From Candidatus Nomurabacteria bacterium (GTDB lineage Bacteria > Patescibacteriota > Minisyncoccia > Phycocordibacterales > SBAW01), in contig CALQZS010000002.1 of the NCBI GenBank assembly GCA_943349945.1, positions 115,750-179,749 on the forward strand: a DNA stretch of 64,000 bases, given 5' to 3'. Below the pieces are notes generated by a model. That model did no database searches, was not told where the DNA came from, and worked only from the letters and a program-made list of their open reading frames with translations. The position numbers were made by a program, and so were the translations under genes. Numbering within the stretch: the stretch's first letter is position 1; each line of letters begins with the position of its first letter. Positions 1 to 10,236 of the stretch are shown here, piece by piece.

Positions 1-1
1 G

Positions 2-85
2 CCGCTTGCGGAATTCGCAAACACTACCACGGTGGTGTTTATGGGCACCCTGGGACAAAACGCCCAGAACATCATGAACCTGTAA
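2..85 (+). CDS. 3' end of a CDS entering from the left edge (unknown product)
   Basis: Open frame PLAEFANTTTVVFMGTLGQNAQNIMNL* ending at TAA 83-85, followed by a terminator. Confidence 0.45.
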   Translation, partial: PLAEFANTTTVVFMGTLGQNAQNIMNL

Positions 86-108
86 GCCGCCCCATCTACT
101 TGCTCCCT

Positions 109-140
109 AGAGCCGCTCAAACCCTGAGCGGCTTTTTTAT
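109..140 (+). terminator. Intrinsic terminator between convergent genes
   Basis: AGCCGCTCA-aaccc-TGAGCGGCT hairpin followed by a T tract. Confidence 0.75.
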
Positions 141-1742
141 TTACCCTATAGCTTCGGCAAGTAGCTTCACGACCAGCGCACGGTCAAGGCTCGAGAGAAA
201 CCATCCCGCTTTGGGGCCACTCTCTTTTGCTAAAAATACGGTGTATATCGCTTTAAAAAGCTCGCCCGGCGCAATAGGCACGCTGTCTTTGAGTCCGTGC
301 AAAAAATGATGCAGCTCTTCCCCGCTTGGCATAGCCTCCGCACTTTGCACGTACTGCGCCAACATACCCAGCGCCTTTTTTTGCATGTCGCTCAAACTTT
401 TTGCCGCCTCGGGCAAAGAGTCCTGTAGTTTAAATACAAACTTCTCTGGCGCATACAACTCGAGCCAGCGCTTGGCATATAATGCGCGCTCCTCAACCTC
501 GGCTTTTTCTGCCTCTGTCAGTGGACTCCCTTTTAGCTTTTCCATCTCATTTTGGAGCTGCATGTGTGGCATCTGCACCACAAACGCCACTTGCGAAAAG
601 CGAGGTAGGAATCCGCTTTGCGGCACAGGTCCTACATGGACCAAGCTAAACAGCCGCGCGTAGTCGTCGTCTTTTGTGGCGACATAGCCCTCTGCCAGTT
701 TGTCGTACAAGTCGTACAGCACGGGGATAGTGTCCCCCTCTGGGTCAAAGTTAATCGCCTGGTTGATATCTTTGGACAGTACGGCGAGGCGGAATATTTT
801 TGGCGGCAAAAGGTCTGCAACTTCGCGCGCACTGGAGCCGCGCCCCTTGGACGACGACATTTTTTTGCCCCCCACCAAAAAGAATTCGTACGGGATATCA
901 AACGGCGGCTCATGGTGAAATATTTCTCGCGCAATGTGCCCCCCAACGTCGCGTGTACCACCCTTGGTCGAGTGGTCTTTACCACCGCCTTCAATATCTA
1001 CGCCCATCACCTTCCACTTTGCGGGCCACTCGACTTTAAACGGAAGGGTTGCGTTGCCTCCAAACGGCGAAACTTTTCCTGTATGACTGCACCCCTGTGC
1101 CCACTCAACCGCGCGAGGCTCACACACATACGTTACCTCTGTCCCGTCAAAGTCTGTCACTCTTGTTGTGCCCACCTTGCCACACTGTTCGCAAATAACC
1201 GAAAGCGGGTACCAGTTTTCTGGCTTTTGCGAACCCGATACCTCTTTGTAGATGCGGCGTATCTCGCCCGCGTGTGTGAGCGCCTCGCGAATAGAGTCGT
1301 CCATTTTGCCCGACAAGTAGAGCTCGCTGACGTTGTAGAACGTTGGCGTAAACCCGCTAGATTCTATAACTTGTTTAAACTCCGACGCAAAGTAGTCTGC
1401 GAAGTTTTTTGCGATACCGTCCGGAGATGGAATACGAAAGAGCGGAAACCCCATATATTTTTTAAACTCCTCTGGCAAATATACCGGGAAGCCGTCCATA
1501 GGGTCGGTGTCGTTTATCTCATACAAAAAAGTGTTGTCGATTCCGCGGTCTTTAAGTGCTTGCGAGACCATGCCGTGTATCATCACGCCGCGCATAGACC
1601 CCACATGCACCCGCCCAGAGGCGGTCTTTTCGTCGCGCACGACCAAAGGGCGTTTTAGCCCGCCTTTTGACAGGTCCCCAAAACGCGCCTCCACCTCGCC
1701 CGCTATACGGTCTGCCCAAAACATATCCCTAGCATACCGCAC
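141..1742 (-). CDS. lysS: Class I lysyl-tRNA synthetase
   Basis: SGRVHVG (HIGH-like) and KMSSSKG motifs, GGKDH, Zn-binding CxxC; class I LysRS architecture. Confidence 0.95.
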   Translation of the reverse strand: MRYARDMFWADRIAGEVEARFGDLSKGGLKRPLVVRDEKTASGRVHVGSMRGVMIHGMVSQALKDRGIDNTFLYEINDTDPMDGFPVYLPEEFKKYMGFPLFRIPSPDGIAKNFADYFASEFKQVIESSGFTPTFYNVSELYLSGKMDDSIREALTHAGEIRRIYKEVSGSQKPENWYPLSVICEQCGKVGTTRVTDFDGTEVTYVCEPRAVEWAQGCSHTGKVSPFGGNATLPFKVEWPAKWKVMGVDIEGGGKDHSTKGGTRDVGGHIAREIFHHEPPFDIPYEFFLVGGKKMSSSKGRGSSAREVADLLPPKIFRLAVLSKDINQAINFDPEGDTIPVLYDLYDKLAEGYVATKDDDYARLFSLVHVGPVPQSGFLPRFSQVAFVVQMPHMQLQNEMEKLKGSPLTEAEKAEVEERALYAKRWLELYAPEKFVFKLQDSLPEAAKSLSDMQKKALGMLAQYVQSAEAMPSGEELHHFLHGLKDSVPIAPGELFKAIYTVFLAKESGPKAGWFLSSLDRALVVKLLAEAIG

Positions 1743-1769
1743 AACCGTGCCTTATCAAGGCAGGTACCG

Positions 1770-2231
1770 CTACTCTACTTTTAGAATTTTATACTTCTGC
1801 GCACCTTTGGGTGTATGGAACGAAAACTCATCCCCTTTCTTTTTACCCATCAATGCGCTACCCAAGGGCGAGTGGTAAGAAATTTTGCCCGCAAACAAGT
1901 CTGCCTCTTCGGCACCCACGATGGCGTAGGTGTGTTTATCGTCACCGCTTAAGTTTTGCACCGTTACGGTCGAGCCCATACCCACCGCATCTGTTTTGAC
2001 GCCGCGCACAATTTTTGCATTCTTTAAAATCGCCTCCAACTTTTGCACACGGTCTTCTACCGCTGCTTGTATATCGCGCGCCTCTTGGTACTCTGCGTTT
2101 TCTGACAAGTCGCCCAGTGAGCGAGCGTACTCCAATTGCTCGGCAACCTCTTTGCGACGTTTGGTGTGCAGCTCTTCCAGCTCTTTTGTAAGCTCTTCAA
2201 ATTTTTCTTGCGAGAGAAGTTCTTCAGTCAT
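1770..2231 (-). CDS. greA: Transcription elongation factor GreA
   Basis: GDLSENAEY motif, C-terminal ISYHSPLGSALMGK. Confidence 0.97.
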   Translation of the reverse strand: MTEELLSQEKFEELTKELEELHTKRRKEVAEQLEYARSLGDLSENAEYQEARDIQAAVEDRVQKLEAILKNAKIVRGVKTDAVGMGSTVTVQNLSGDDKHTYAIVGAEEADLFAGKISYHSPLGSALMGKKKGDEFSFHTPKGAQKYKILKVE

Positions 2232-2344
2232 ATAAAATTGTTTTTAGTGGTTAGGAAATAGTGGGAATGGTGGCCGTCGAGGGATAATCTTACCCTTTAG
2301 GGCCCACAAACGCAAGCCCAAAACTCACTCCAAATACAGGAAAC

Positions 2345-4045
2345 TTACGCCTCTTCAAGGTATTCTGGCGCATGCTCGCGCATCCACTGCAGGAACGTAT
2401 ACATCGTCGCAGACGCGCCTATGAGCGTGCCTGTGGGCCCTCGCTCCAACACCACCGCGTACGCATATTTTGGGTTTTCATACGGAAAAAAACCTATCAT
2501 CCACGAGTTGATAAACTCGTTGCGTGCACCCACCTCGGCGGTACCCGTCTTTGCCGCCACATGCACAAAGTCAAACTTCAAAGCCTGCGCCACGCCGTCG
2601 GTGACGCTCATGCGCATACCCTCCTGCACCACCTGTATCACATGCGCCGAAAGCGGGAGCTCAGTACTAGGTGTGTTTGCTTGCCCCTCTGTTTTAATGA
2701 GCGTAGGCGTAAGCAGCGTGCCTCCGTTGGCCAGCGCGGCAGCTGCACGTAGCGCTTGCAGCGGTGTTACTTGCATACCGTACTGGCCAATGGATGTATG
2801 GTACGTGTTGCCCACGCGCCACACGGGGTCATTGGGGAAGGTTTTTTCCTTCCACTCTCTGCTTGGGATATTACCCGTTTTGCTACTAAACCCCACCAGC
2901 CCAGCATCGCTGCCAAATCCAAACATGCGATAGTATTCGCCCAGCTTGTCTATACCCAACCCCTTTTGGTCGCCAAACCCACCTCCCACTTCATAAAAAT
3001 ATATGTCCGACGACACTGCGATTGCCCGACGCAAGTCTGTCCATCCGTTTACCCGCCAGTCGCGAAAGACCGTCGGCTTTTTTGGGTCGTATGGGTTAGG
3101 CACGGTGAGCGCACCGGTCGAGAGTATCTGCTTGTACTCGTCTATCACCCCCTCGGTTAATGCAGCGGCACCTACAATGGGCTTCACGATAGAGCCAGGT
3201 GCATACAACCCGTCGACTGCGCGGTCCAAAAATGGCTGACGTTTATTTGCATTAAGCGATTTAATAACCGCAGCATCTCCGCTCGCTACGGCATTTTGGT
3301 CAAACTCCGGATAGCTCGTCAGCGCCAACACCTCGCCAGTGTGCACATCCATAATAAGCCCCGCACCACCTTGGAACCCAGACTCCTCTGCCCGCGCTGC
3401 TATCGCCTTATACAGTCCCTCTGTAAGTTTTGCGTCAATAGACAGCACCAGTTTTTGCCCAGGCTTGGGTGGTTCTATAACACTCTCCGACACCACCGCC
3501 CCGCGTGCATCTGTCTCTGCCAACCTCGTGCCGTTGGTGCCACCCAGCGCTTGGTCAAACACGTGTTCAGCCCCGTCGACGCCCACAAACGTTTTGCGAA
3601 AATATACTCCGGACGAATCTTTGGTGGGCGGTTGCACATACCCCACTACATGCGCCAAACCCTCAAACGAGGCGTACACGCGCTTGGCAAAGTCGTCGTC
3701 GTTGGTGCGTTCGTTGTACGCAAGTGGCACGTCGTTGCGGTCGACGATAAGGCCACGGTCGGCAAAAATAATATCTTGTGCAAGTTGGTTGTTGCGCGCA
3801 CGCTCTGCATAGGAGGCACCGCGCACCACCTGCAGCTGCCCTGCACGCCCCAGCAACAGCACACAAACACACACTGCCAAAATGCCTGCAGCCACAAACG
3901 AGCGCCGGCTGAGAGGGCGTTCAAGACGACCCTCAAATTGGTCGCGGTCAAAATCGGGCAAGTTGGACGAGTCAATAAGTATCTCGTCTGGGTGGATTTC
4001 TGTGTGTATTTTGCCGCGCCGCTTTCTCCACAAGTACCGCATCAA
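2345..4045 (-). CDS. mrdA: Class B penicillin-binding protein 2
   Basis: N-terminal TM; PGSIVK (SxxK), SSD, KTG motifs; lies in the mreBC cluster. Confidence 0.9.
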   Translation of the reverse strand: MMRYLWRKRRGKIHTEIHPDEILIDSSNLPDFDRDQFEGRLERPLSRRSFVAAGILAVCVCVLLLGRAGQLQVVRGASYAERARNNQLAQDIIFADRGLIVDRNDVPLAYNERTNDDDFAKRVYASFEGLAHVVGYVQPPTKDSSGVYFRKTFVGVDGAEHVFDQALGGTNGTRLAETDARGAVVSESVIEPPKPGQKLVLSIDAKLTEGLYKAIAARAEESGFQGGAGLIMDVHTGEVLALTSYPEFDQNAVASGDAAVIKSLNANKRQPFLDRAVDGLYAPGSIVKPIVGAAALTEGVIDEYKQILSTGALTVPNPYDPKKPTVFRDWRVNGWTDLRRAIAVSSDIYFYEVGGGFGDQKGLGIDKLGEYYRMFGFGSDAGLVGFSSKTGNIPSREWKEKTFPNDPVWRVGNTYHTSIGQYGMQVTPLQALRAAAALANGGTLLTPTLIKTEGQANTPSTELPLSAHVIQVVQEGMRMSVTDGVAQALKFDFVHVAAKTGTAEVGARNEFINSWMIGFFPYENPKYAYAVVLERGPTGTLIGASATMYTFLQWMREHAPEYLEEA

Positions 4046-4049
4046 CCGA

Positions 4050-4331
4050 TTATAGCGTATCGCCCCCTCGTTTGCGGAGTTTGCCTACGATGACTACGCG
4101 CAGCACGGAGCCCACAACCGCCAAGGCGGTGAGCGGGAAATATATATAGTGCAGCCACCCGGGTGCGCCGTATGCCAAATCAAGCAAAAAACCAAGCAGT
4201 ATCGCCGTAACCCAGTGGCCAGAGACAGTCGCCAGCAACACACCAAAGACTGCCAACGGCCAAAATCCTGCCAAAAAGCCAGTCGCCGTGGTCAAAAACG
4301 ACACTAATATGACTGTTCTATTGCGAAACAT
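4050..4331 (-). CDS. Small membrane protein, possibly a reduced MreD
   Basis: Hydrophobic 93 aa with LLGFLLDL; occupies the mreD position between mreC and pbp2. Confidence 0.6.
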   Translation of the reverse strand: MFRNRTVILVSFLTTATGFLAGFWPLAVFGVLLATVSGHWVTAILLGFLLDLAYGAPGWLHYIYFPLTALAVVGSVLRVVIVGKLRKRGGDTL

Positions 4332-5085
4332 ACGGTTTTACAATTTCTACAAAGCGCAGCTGCAGCGGGTTGGCGGGTAGTTGCATATACAAAGTTTCAA
4401 ACGACTCACCCTCTTTTGCATCCACGTGCGTCACTGTGCCCGTGTAGCCCGCAAACACCCCAGGCAGCACAACGCTGGCGCCCACCACCACCCCCGCACC
4501 CGCAGGCACCTGGGCGCGCATAGACCCGCTGCCCTGACCCTCTACGCGCACCGGCAACACCTGCGCGTCCGCTAATGATACCAGAGCATCGTGCGTCTCG
4601 CCGGGCGCCGAGAGCAGTATCACGCGGGCAGTGGTGGGGTACACTTCTACCACAGTACCTATAACCCCAGCACCTCCTGCCAAGACCAAGTCCCCCGCCC
4701 CAACACCCTCTGCTGCCCCCGCGTCCAACACGAGCGTGTCATAGGGAATGCCGGGTGGGCGAAGCAACACGCCCGCAAGTGTCCGCGCCTGTGTGCTAGT
4801 GCGTCCTAGACGCTGTTTCAAGTCTTTATTTTCTTGCAACAAAAGGTCGCGGTCGGCCCGTGCGGCTTTGGCCGCAGCAAGCTCGCTTTGCAGTATTGCC
4901 ACTTCCGAAGCAGTAACACTATTGCGCACTGCAAGCACCGGCTCAAGCACGCGCCACAGCAGCCCCCCTAGCGCACCCTGGCCATATGCCGCCGCCGCAA
5001 AAAGCAGCGCACCCACCCCAAACACAAGGGCGATGTGTTTTGTTTTTTGCCCACCGCGAGCACGATTACGCATAGTCATCATCAT
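4318..5085 (-). CDS. mreC: Rod shape-determining protein MreC
   Basis: TM, coiled coil (QENKDLKQRLG) and LDAG..GV..GD beta domain; follows mreB. Confidence 0.85.
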   Translation of the reverse strand: MMMTMRNRARGGQKTKHIALVFGVGALLFAAAAYGQGALGGLLWRVLEPVLAVRNSVTASEVAILQSELAAAKAARADRDLLLQENKDLKQRLGRTSTQARTLAGVLLRPPGIPYDTLVLDAGAAEGVGAGDLVLAGGAGVIGTVVEVYPTTARVILLSAPGETHDALVSLADAQVLPVRVEGQGSGSMRAQVPAGAGVVVGASVVLPGVFAGYTGTVTHVDAKEGESFETLYMQLPANPLQLRFVEIVKPYVSQ

Positions 5086-6118
5086 TTTCTAAAAAGAGGT
5101 CGTGGTGCAGGTCTAAGTTTTCTAAAATCACCCCTGTCCCGCGCGCCACAGCAGTCAGCGGGTCGTCCGCCACCATAACCGGCACCTTGAGCCACTGTGC
5201 GAGCAATTGGTCGAGCCCTTTGAGCAGTGCACCCCCACCCGCAAGCGTGATGCCCGTGCGCATCACATCAGAGAGGATTTCTGGCGGCGTAGTTTCGAGC
5301 ACTTCGCGCACCGACTCTATAAGTGTGTCGATTGATTGCGAAATTGCTTCGCGGATATCTTGGTCGGTCAACACAATTTCGCGCGGCAAGCCGGTAATGA
5401 GATCGCGACCACGCACCACCGCTTCGAGCCTGCTCTCGCCTTCGATAACCGAGCCAATAGCCATCTTTACATCTTCGGCCGTTTTTTCTCCTATCAAAAT
5501 TTTAAACTCCGAACGCACGTAGGCGATGATGTCGCGGTTAAGCTTGTCGCCTGCCACGCGCAAATTTTTTGCCCGTACAATCCCGCCCAAAGAGAGCACC
5601 GCAATGTCGACGGTGCCGCCTCCAATGTCGACTATCATACTCCCCACCGCCTCGCGTATAGGCAGCCGCACGCCAAGCGCCGCAGCAATAGGCTCTTCTA
5701 CTATATATACTTCGCGCGCACCGGCGTTTTGTGCAGCGTCTTTAACCGCGCGCATCTCGACGTTGGTGATACCCGCGGGCACCCCAATGACCGTACGTGG
5801 ACCCAATAGTTGGCGCGAGGCACCCTGGGCGCGGTTTATCAAGTACGCAAGCATCTCTTCTGTGGCTTCAAAGTCCGACACCACACCGTCCACCAAAGGG
5901 CGCACGGCCATAAGGTGCCCGGGTGTACGACCCAACATGTCTTTGGCTGCCTGCCCCACCGCTACCACTTGGCCTGTTTTTTGGTTAACCGCCACCACCG
6001 ATGGCTCGGTTACTACGATGCCTTTGCCACGCAAATACACCAGAGTATTTGCAGTACCCAGGTCAATACCTACATCATTTGATACAAACGGCAGCAGCCG
6101 ATTTAAAAACTTAGCCAT
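5066..6118 (-). CDS. mreB: MreB actin-like protein
   Basis: GIDLGTANT, EPSVVA, VDIGGGT, LAGGGALL motifs. Confidence 0.96.
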   Translation of the reverse strand: MAKFLNRLLPFVSNDVGIDLGTANTLVYLRGKGIVVTEPSVVAVNQKTGQVVAVGQAAKDMLGRTPGHLMAVRPLVDGVVSDFEATEEMLAYLINRAQGASRQLLGPRTVIGVPAGITNVEMRAVKDAAQNAGAREVYIVEEPIAAALGVRLPIREAVGSMIVDIGGGTVDIAVLSLGGIVRAKNLRVAGDKLNRDIIAYVRSEFKILIGEKTAEDVKMAIGSVIEGESRLEAVVRGRDLITGLPREIVLTDQDIREAISQSIDTLIESVREVLETTPPEILSDVMRTGITLAGGGALLKGLDQLLAQWLKVPVMVADDPLTAVARGTGVILENLDLHHDLFLENDDDYA

Positions 6119-7370
6119 TTGCGGTCAGGTGTCCTATCAGCTCTGATATGCTCTTGTGCGAGGTGTGGCCGCTTGCGCGTTCGACACACTCGAACTTGCC
6201 TGCGGCTAGCGTCTTTTCAGACACGACAACGCGCAGCGGCAACCCAAGCAGGTCGCTGTCGGCAAACTTCTCGCCGGCGCGCGCATCGCGATCGTCCCAC
6301 AAGACACTTATCCCTGCTTCAGTCAGCTCGCGATACAGCTCGGCTGCTTCGGTGTGCACGTCGGCGTTGTCTGCACCTCCAAGTTCGACCAAGTGTACGC
6401 GCAGCGGCGCCACAGACTCGGGCCAGACAATACCCCTGTCGTCCGAGAGCGCTTCGACAATAACCCCCATCAACCGGGTAATGCCTATGCCGAAGCAGCC
6501 CATAATAGGATGCGTCTCTATTCCCTCTTTATTTTTGTAGGTAAAGGTAAAGTCTTTTGTGTACTTGGTGCCGAGGTCAAAGATGTTTCCCACCTCGGAC
6601 GCTTTTGCCTGAGAGAGCACACCATTAGCACTGCAACGCGTGCAGGTATCACCCTCTTTCTGATCACTAATTTCAACATTCACACAATACGAGCAGCTGT
6701 TGCAGTACAAAATGTCGTCCTCGCCCGCCTCGGTCAGCACCATAAACTCGTACGAGAGCTTGTTGGTAAAGGCGCCGCCCGAAGCTTCGGTGGCTTTGGC
6801 CACCAACCCCAACCGCTCGTACACGCGCAAGTACGCCTCCTTGGCCTGCGCATAAAAACGGTCGAAGTCTTCTTGCGTCTCGTGGAAGGAGTACATGTCC
6901 TTCATAGTAAACTCGCGCCCGCGCATGATGCCCGACTTGGCGCGCAACTCGTCTCGGTACTTCTGCCCTATTTGATATATCACCACTGGCAGGTCTTTGT
7001 ATGACAGCACATACTCTGCGGCAATGGGGGTTACTATCTCCTCTTCGCTTTGGCCGACGGTATATTCCTTTTCGGTGCGGCTCAAAATTTTAAACACCAC
7101 GTCCACCCCGTCCCACGCGCCTGTTTGCTTCCACGGCTCGCTTGGGTGGAGTGTGGCCATGCGGATCTCTTGCCCGCCGATTTTATCCATCTCTTCGCGG
7201 ACTATCTGCTCGATACGCTCGAGCACGCGCCTCCCCAGCGGCAAGTACGAATATACGCCCGCCATCTCTTTATGGATGTAGCCGCCGCGGATAAGCAGCT
7301 GCGCGTTTTTGGAAACCTCGTCCTTTGGGGCCTCTTTGCGGGTTTTGGTAAATAGTTTGGATTGCAACAT
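6111..7370 (-). CDS. proS: Prolyl-tRNA synthetase, short form without a full editing insertion
   Basis: YRDELRAKSGIMRGREFTMKDMYSF (motif 2), GCFGIGITR (motif 3), C-terminal anticodon domain. Confidence 0.95.
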   Translation of the reverse strand: MLQSKLFTKTRKEAPKDEVSKNAQLLIRGGYIHKEMAGVYSYLPLGRRVLERIEQIVREEMDKIGGQEIRMATLHPSEPWKQTGAWDGVDVVFKILSRTEKEYTVGQSEEEIVTPIAAEYVLSYKDLPVVIYQIGQKYRDELRAKSGIMRGREFTMKDMYSFHETQEDFDRFYAQAKEAYLRVYERLGLVAKATEASGGAFTNKLSYEFMVLTEAGEDDILYCNSCSYCVNVEISDQKEGDTCTRCSANGVLSQAKASEVGNIFDLGTKYTKDFTFTYKNKEGIETHPIMGCFGIGITRLMGVIVEALSDDRGIVWPESVAPLRVHLVELGGADNADVHTEAAELYRELTEAGISVLWDDRDARAGEKFADSDLLGLPLRVVVSEKTLAAGKFECVERASGHTSHKSISELIGHLTANG

Positions 7371-7455
7371 ATAGGCATTGTACGGGGAAAAAGCGCAGCA
7401 GGCAAAGGCTGTAAATAAAGGCTATTTTGGCGCCTGCATATCCACACCAAAACCA

Positions 7456-7484
7456 TTGACACTAACCCCTATATATGCTACAAT
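7456..7484 (+). promoter_or_regulatory. Sigma70-type promoter of the orphan gene at 7556
   Basis: TTGACA-N17-TACAAT with extended TG; SD-like GAAAGGTG before the ATG. Confidence 0.75.
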
Positions 7485-7555
7485 TAGGGGTAGAGAACAC
7501 TTGTTCCTGTGCTGCGTTACACGCGGCAACAAACTATATAGAAAGGTGATAGACC

Positions 7556-8629
7556 ATGTCCGACACAGCAATGTCCGCGGCACTGGTTGCCAGCGGAGTC
7601 TCCGCACCTCGCGCGCTACACAAGAATGGCAAGCGGCGTCAGCCACGATCGTCTGCACGCCGACTCAATGCCATGCATTGGGAAAACCCCGACGTCGGAA
7701 GCCTGGTTATCCAGGCTACCAACTTCGACATCGGCGCCGTCGCCGACGAATGGCCGTTCTCGTACGCCCCCATAGCAACGGGCACCAAAATGCCCGACGT
7801 CTTGGAGGTTGGATTTCAGGTCAATCTGAAATCCGGAGTGTATGTCTACACTCGACACAACACTGCCCCCTCGGGGCAGCAGCAGGTCAAGCCGCACGAA
7901 GACGGGAGCATTCCTTCTTTCTCCGTGAACGTGAAGTGGGATGTGGTGGACGGTCAGCGTCTCGCGTATACGCGAGAAAAAGACATGGACAACATCGACA
8001 TCTTCTTCGTCCTGGAGGATGGAACATTCCTTAACCTCCAGATTGCGGTATTGTATCGAAACGGCGTCTTCTATCTGTCAGTGCAAGAGATGGGGGCGTA
8101 CCCAGTGGTTCGCATCCCGCTCGACCTGCAGCACAACAAGAAGACGGTACGCATCGGCGACGGACGGTATGCGCTGGTGACGCTTCAGGAAGAACAGTCC
8201 TTTCCAAAGGCCGACTTCCTCAAGACCATGGGCCAGATGGGCGAGCAGCTCATCGAGTTCATCGCGCAGGACTGTGTCGACGATTCGGGGAAAAGTCTTA
8301 TTCCCTACGTCGAAGCAATCCCCTGTATGGAGTGGCATCCTCCGGAAACTCCGTCGGTTACTCCGGTGGAGCGGCGTGACGGTTGGATGGGCGGGGTGGT
8401 GAAATTTTGCAACCCAATCGTATCCATCGCCGCAATCGTCTGTGCTGACACGATGGAGCGGTTGTGCAACCTTTCACTCATCCTCGACGAAGACGGCAAG
8501 TCGCTGTTGGAGCAGGGAAAGTTCCCTGTTCTACTGCCGCGCGAGCGAGTGCTGGTGCGGCTCCAAACCGCGACAGTGCGCGGCAAGACCACACAACAGA
8601 TCGTCGCTGTGCGACGCATCACAGACTAA
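7556..8629 (+). CDS. Hypothetical protein, possible C-terminal OB/cold-shock-like domain
   Basis: 357-aa ORF with its own promoter, SD and terminator; GGVVKFCN resembles CSD strand 1. Confidence 0.75.
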   Translation: MSDTAMSAALVASGVSAPRALHKNGKRRQPRSSARRLNAMHWENPDVGSLVIQATNFDIGAVADEWPFSYAPIATGTKMPDVLEVGFQVNLKSGVYVYTRHNTAPSGQQQVKPHEDGSIPSFSVNVKWDVVDGQRLAYTREKDMDNIDIFFVLEDGTFLNLQIAVLYRNGVFYLSVQEMGAYPVVRIPLDLQHNKKTVRIGDGRYALVTLQEEQSFPKADFLKTMGQMGEQLIEFIAQDCVDDSGKSLIPYVEAIPCMEWHPPETPSVTPVERRDGWMGGVVKFCNPIVSIAAIVCADTMERLCNLSLILDEDGKSLLEQGKFPVLLPRERVLVRLQTATVRGKTTQQIVAVRRITD

Positions 8630-8654
8630 ACTACCCGTGCACACGGGCAAACTG

Positions 8655-8697
8655 GGGCGAGAATTCTACACAGAATTCTCGCCCTTTCTCTTTTTTT
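8655..8697 (+). terminator. Intrinsic terminator
   Basis: GGGCGAGAATTCT-acac-AGAATTCTCGCCC followed by a T-rich tail. Confidence 0.85.
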
Positions 8698-8747
8698 ATA
8701 CTTCCTATACTTGGGGCCAAATGGTGCGCTACTATATACAGTAACGC

Positions 8748-10211
8748 ATGGACAAAAACCCTTACCACCCTAGCGACTGGAAGCGCCTTATACCCGATGT
8801 CGATTCGGTGCTCGAGAAACTAGAAACATACAACACTATCGCAGTGGGCATTACCCCCTACACCCGCATCATCCCTGGTTTTTTCTTAAAAAACTTTTCT
8901 GTATACGCTATAAAAAACTCCAGTGATACAGACGTTCTTAAGCAACATATGCGCGTGCATATATTAGAAGACCATCAACCTGCCCTTGCCAAGCGTGTAC
9001 ACGGCACCGGGTACCTAATCGGCAGCGGTGCATTTAAAGCCTTCCTTGCTTCTCGTAAAACTCCACCAACACTTATGCTCAACACGGTCAGCGAAAAGAC
9101 CGCAGAAGAGCTTACTCGCACGGGGACCCGGTGGATAGGTAACCACCCCAAAACCTTCGCCACTGTTGCACACAAGGGCTCATTTCGTGCATTGGTCAAA
9201 AAACTTGGACTCCCGTCTTTGCAGTCAGACATATATACCAAAGAAGCCTTCTTTTCTTCTATGTGGGGAGTGTTGTGGGACACGTACGATGGACCGTTTG
9301 TGGTGCAACGCGCCGACAAAGAAGTGGGTGGCAACGAGGGTACTTTTTTTATTCGTACTGAATCTGATTTGAGCGCGTGTATGGAGGTGCTGCACAAAGA
9401 CACACAATTTGAAAGCGTATTACTCTCGCCCTTCGTTGAAGGCTACTCCACCTCGATGCTTGGCTGTGTCATGCCAAACGGCACACTCTCTGGCCCGCTG
9501 CAATTACAGCTTATAGACGTGCCCGAGGCGCGCAACGGCCTGCCTGCAAACGGTATCTTTTTTGGAAACGATATAGGTTTTCACCCATGGGACAGCACCA
9601 TAGAATATCAGGCGCGCAAAGTGGTCGAAGCTGTAGGCGCACATCTTCAAACACAAGGGTACAAGGGTATTTTTGGTATCGATTTTCTATACGACAAGAA
9701 TCGCTCCGCAATTTATCCCAACGAATGTAATCCACGCTTTACCGGCTCCCTCATGCTCCACTCTCTTATGTTGCTTCAAGAAAAAATTCCACCGCTGGAG
9801 CTGTTTCACCTTATGGCGCACACACAGACCCAATCCAGTTTTGATTTTGAGACAGTTAACCGTGCACTGAGAACACGCGTACCCTGCTCACACGTTGCTT
9901 TTTCTCCTCGTGGGATAACCACCATGGAACTTCCTCTGCTAACTGGTGTATACGAGTATCGTGCAGAAGTGCCTTCTTTGGAGTATAAGCGGCCAGGTAT
10001 ATCCCTTGCCGACCTACACAGCGACAAAGAGTTTTTGATAATAGACACCGTACCAGCGTTAGGAAGCCGTATCGAGCAAGCGGTGCCTCGGTTGTTTAAA
10101 TTTATATTCCCCAGAAGTATCGCCACATCTTCATACGAGATAGATGCGGATTCTAGTTTTTTGATAGAGCGTTTTGCAAAAGTACTGCGAGACGCAGTAC
10201 TCGAAAAGTAG
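8748..10211 (+). CDS. ATP-grasp domain protein
   Basis: GGNEGTFFI and GYKGIFGIDF...NECNPRFTGS (ExNPR) motifs. Confidence 0.85.
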   Translation: MDKNPYHPSDWKRLIPDVDSVLEKLETYNTIAVGITPYTRIIPGFFLKNFSVYAIKNSSDTDVLKQHMRVHILEDHQPALAKRVHGTGYLIGSGAFKAFLASRKTPPTLMLNTVSEKTAEELTRTGTRWIGNHPKTFATVAHKGSFRALVKKLGLPSLQSDIYTKEAFFSSMWGVLWDTYDGPFVVQRADKEVGGNEGTFFIRTESDLSACMEVLHKDTQFESVLLSPFVEGYSTSMLGCVMPNGTLSGPLQLQLIDVPEARNGLPANGIFFGNDIGFHPWDSTIEYQARKVVEAVGAHLQTQGYKGIFGIDFLYDKNRSAIYPNECNPRFTGSLMLHSLMLLQEKIPPLELFHLMAHTQTQSSFDFETVNRALRTRVPCSHVAFSPRGITTMELPLLTGVYEYRAEVPSLEYKRPGISLADLHSDKEFLIIDTVPALGSRIEQAVPRLFKFIFPRSIATSSYEIDADSSFLIERFAKVLRDAVLEK

Positions 10212-10236
10212 GAAGCTACACAGGCAGCTCAAGAAG

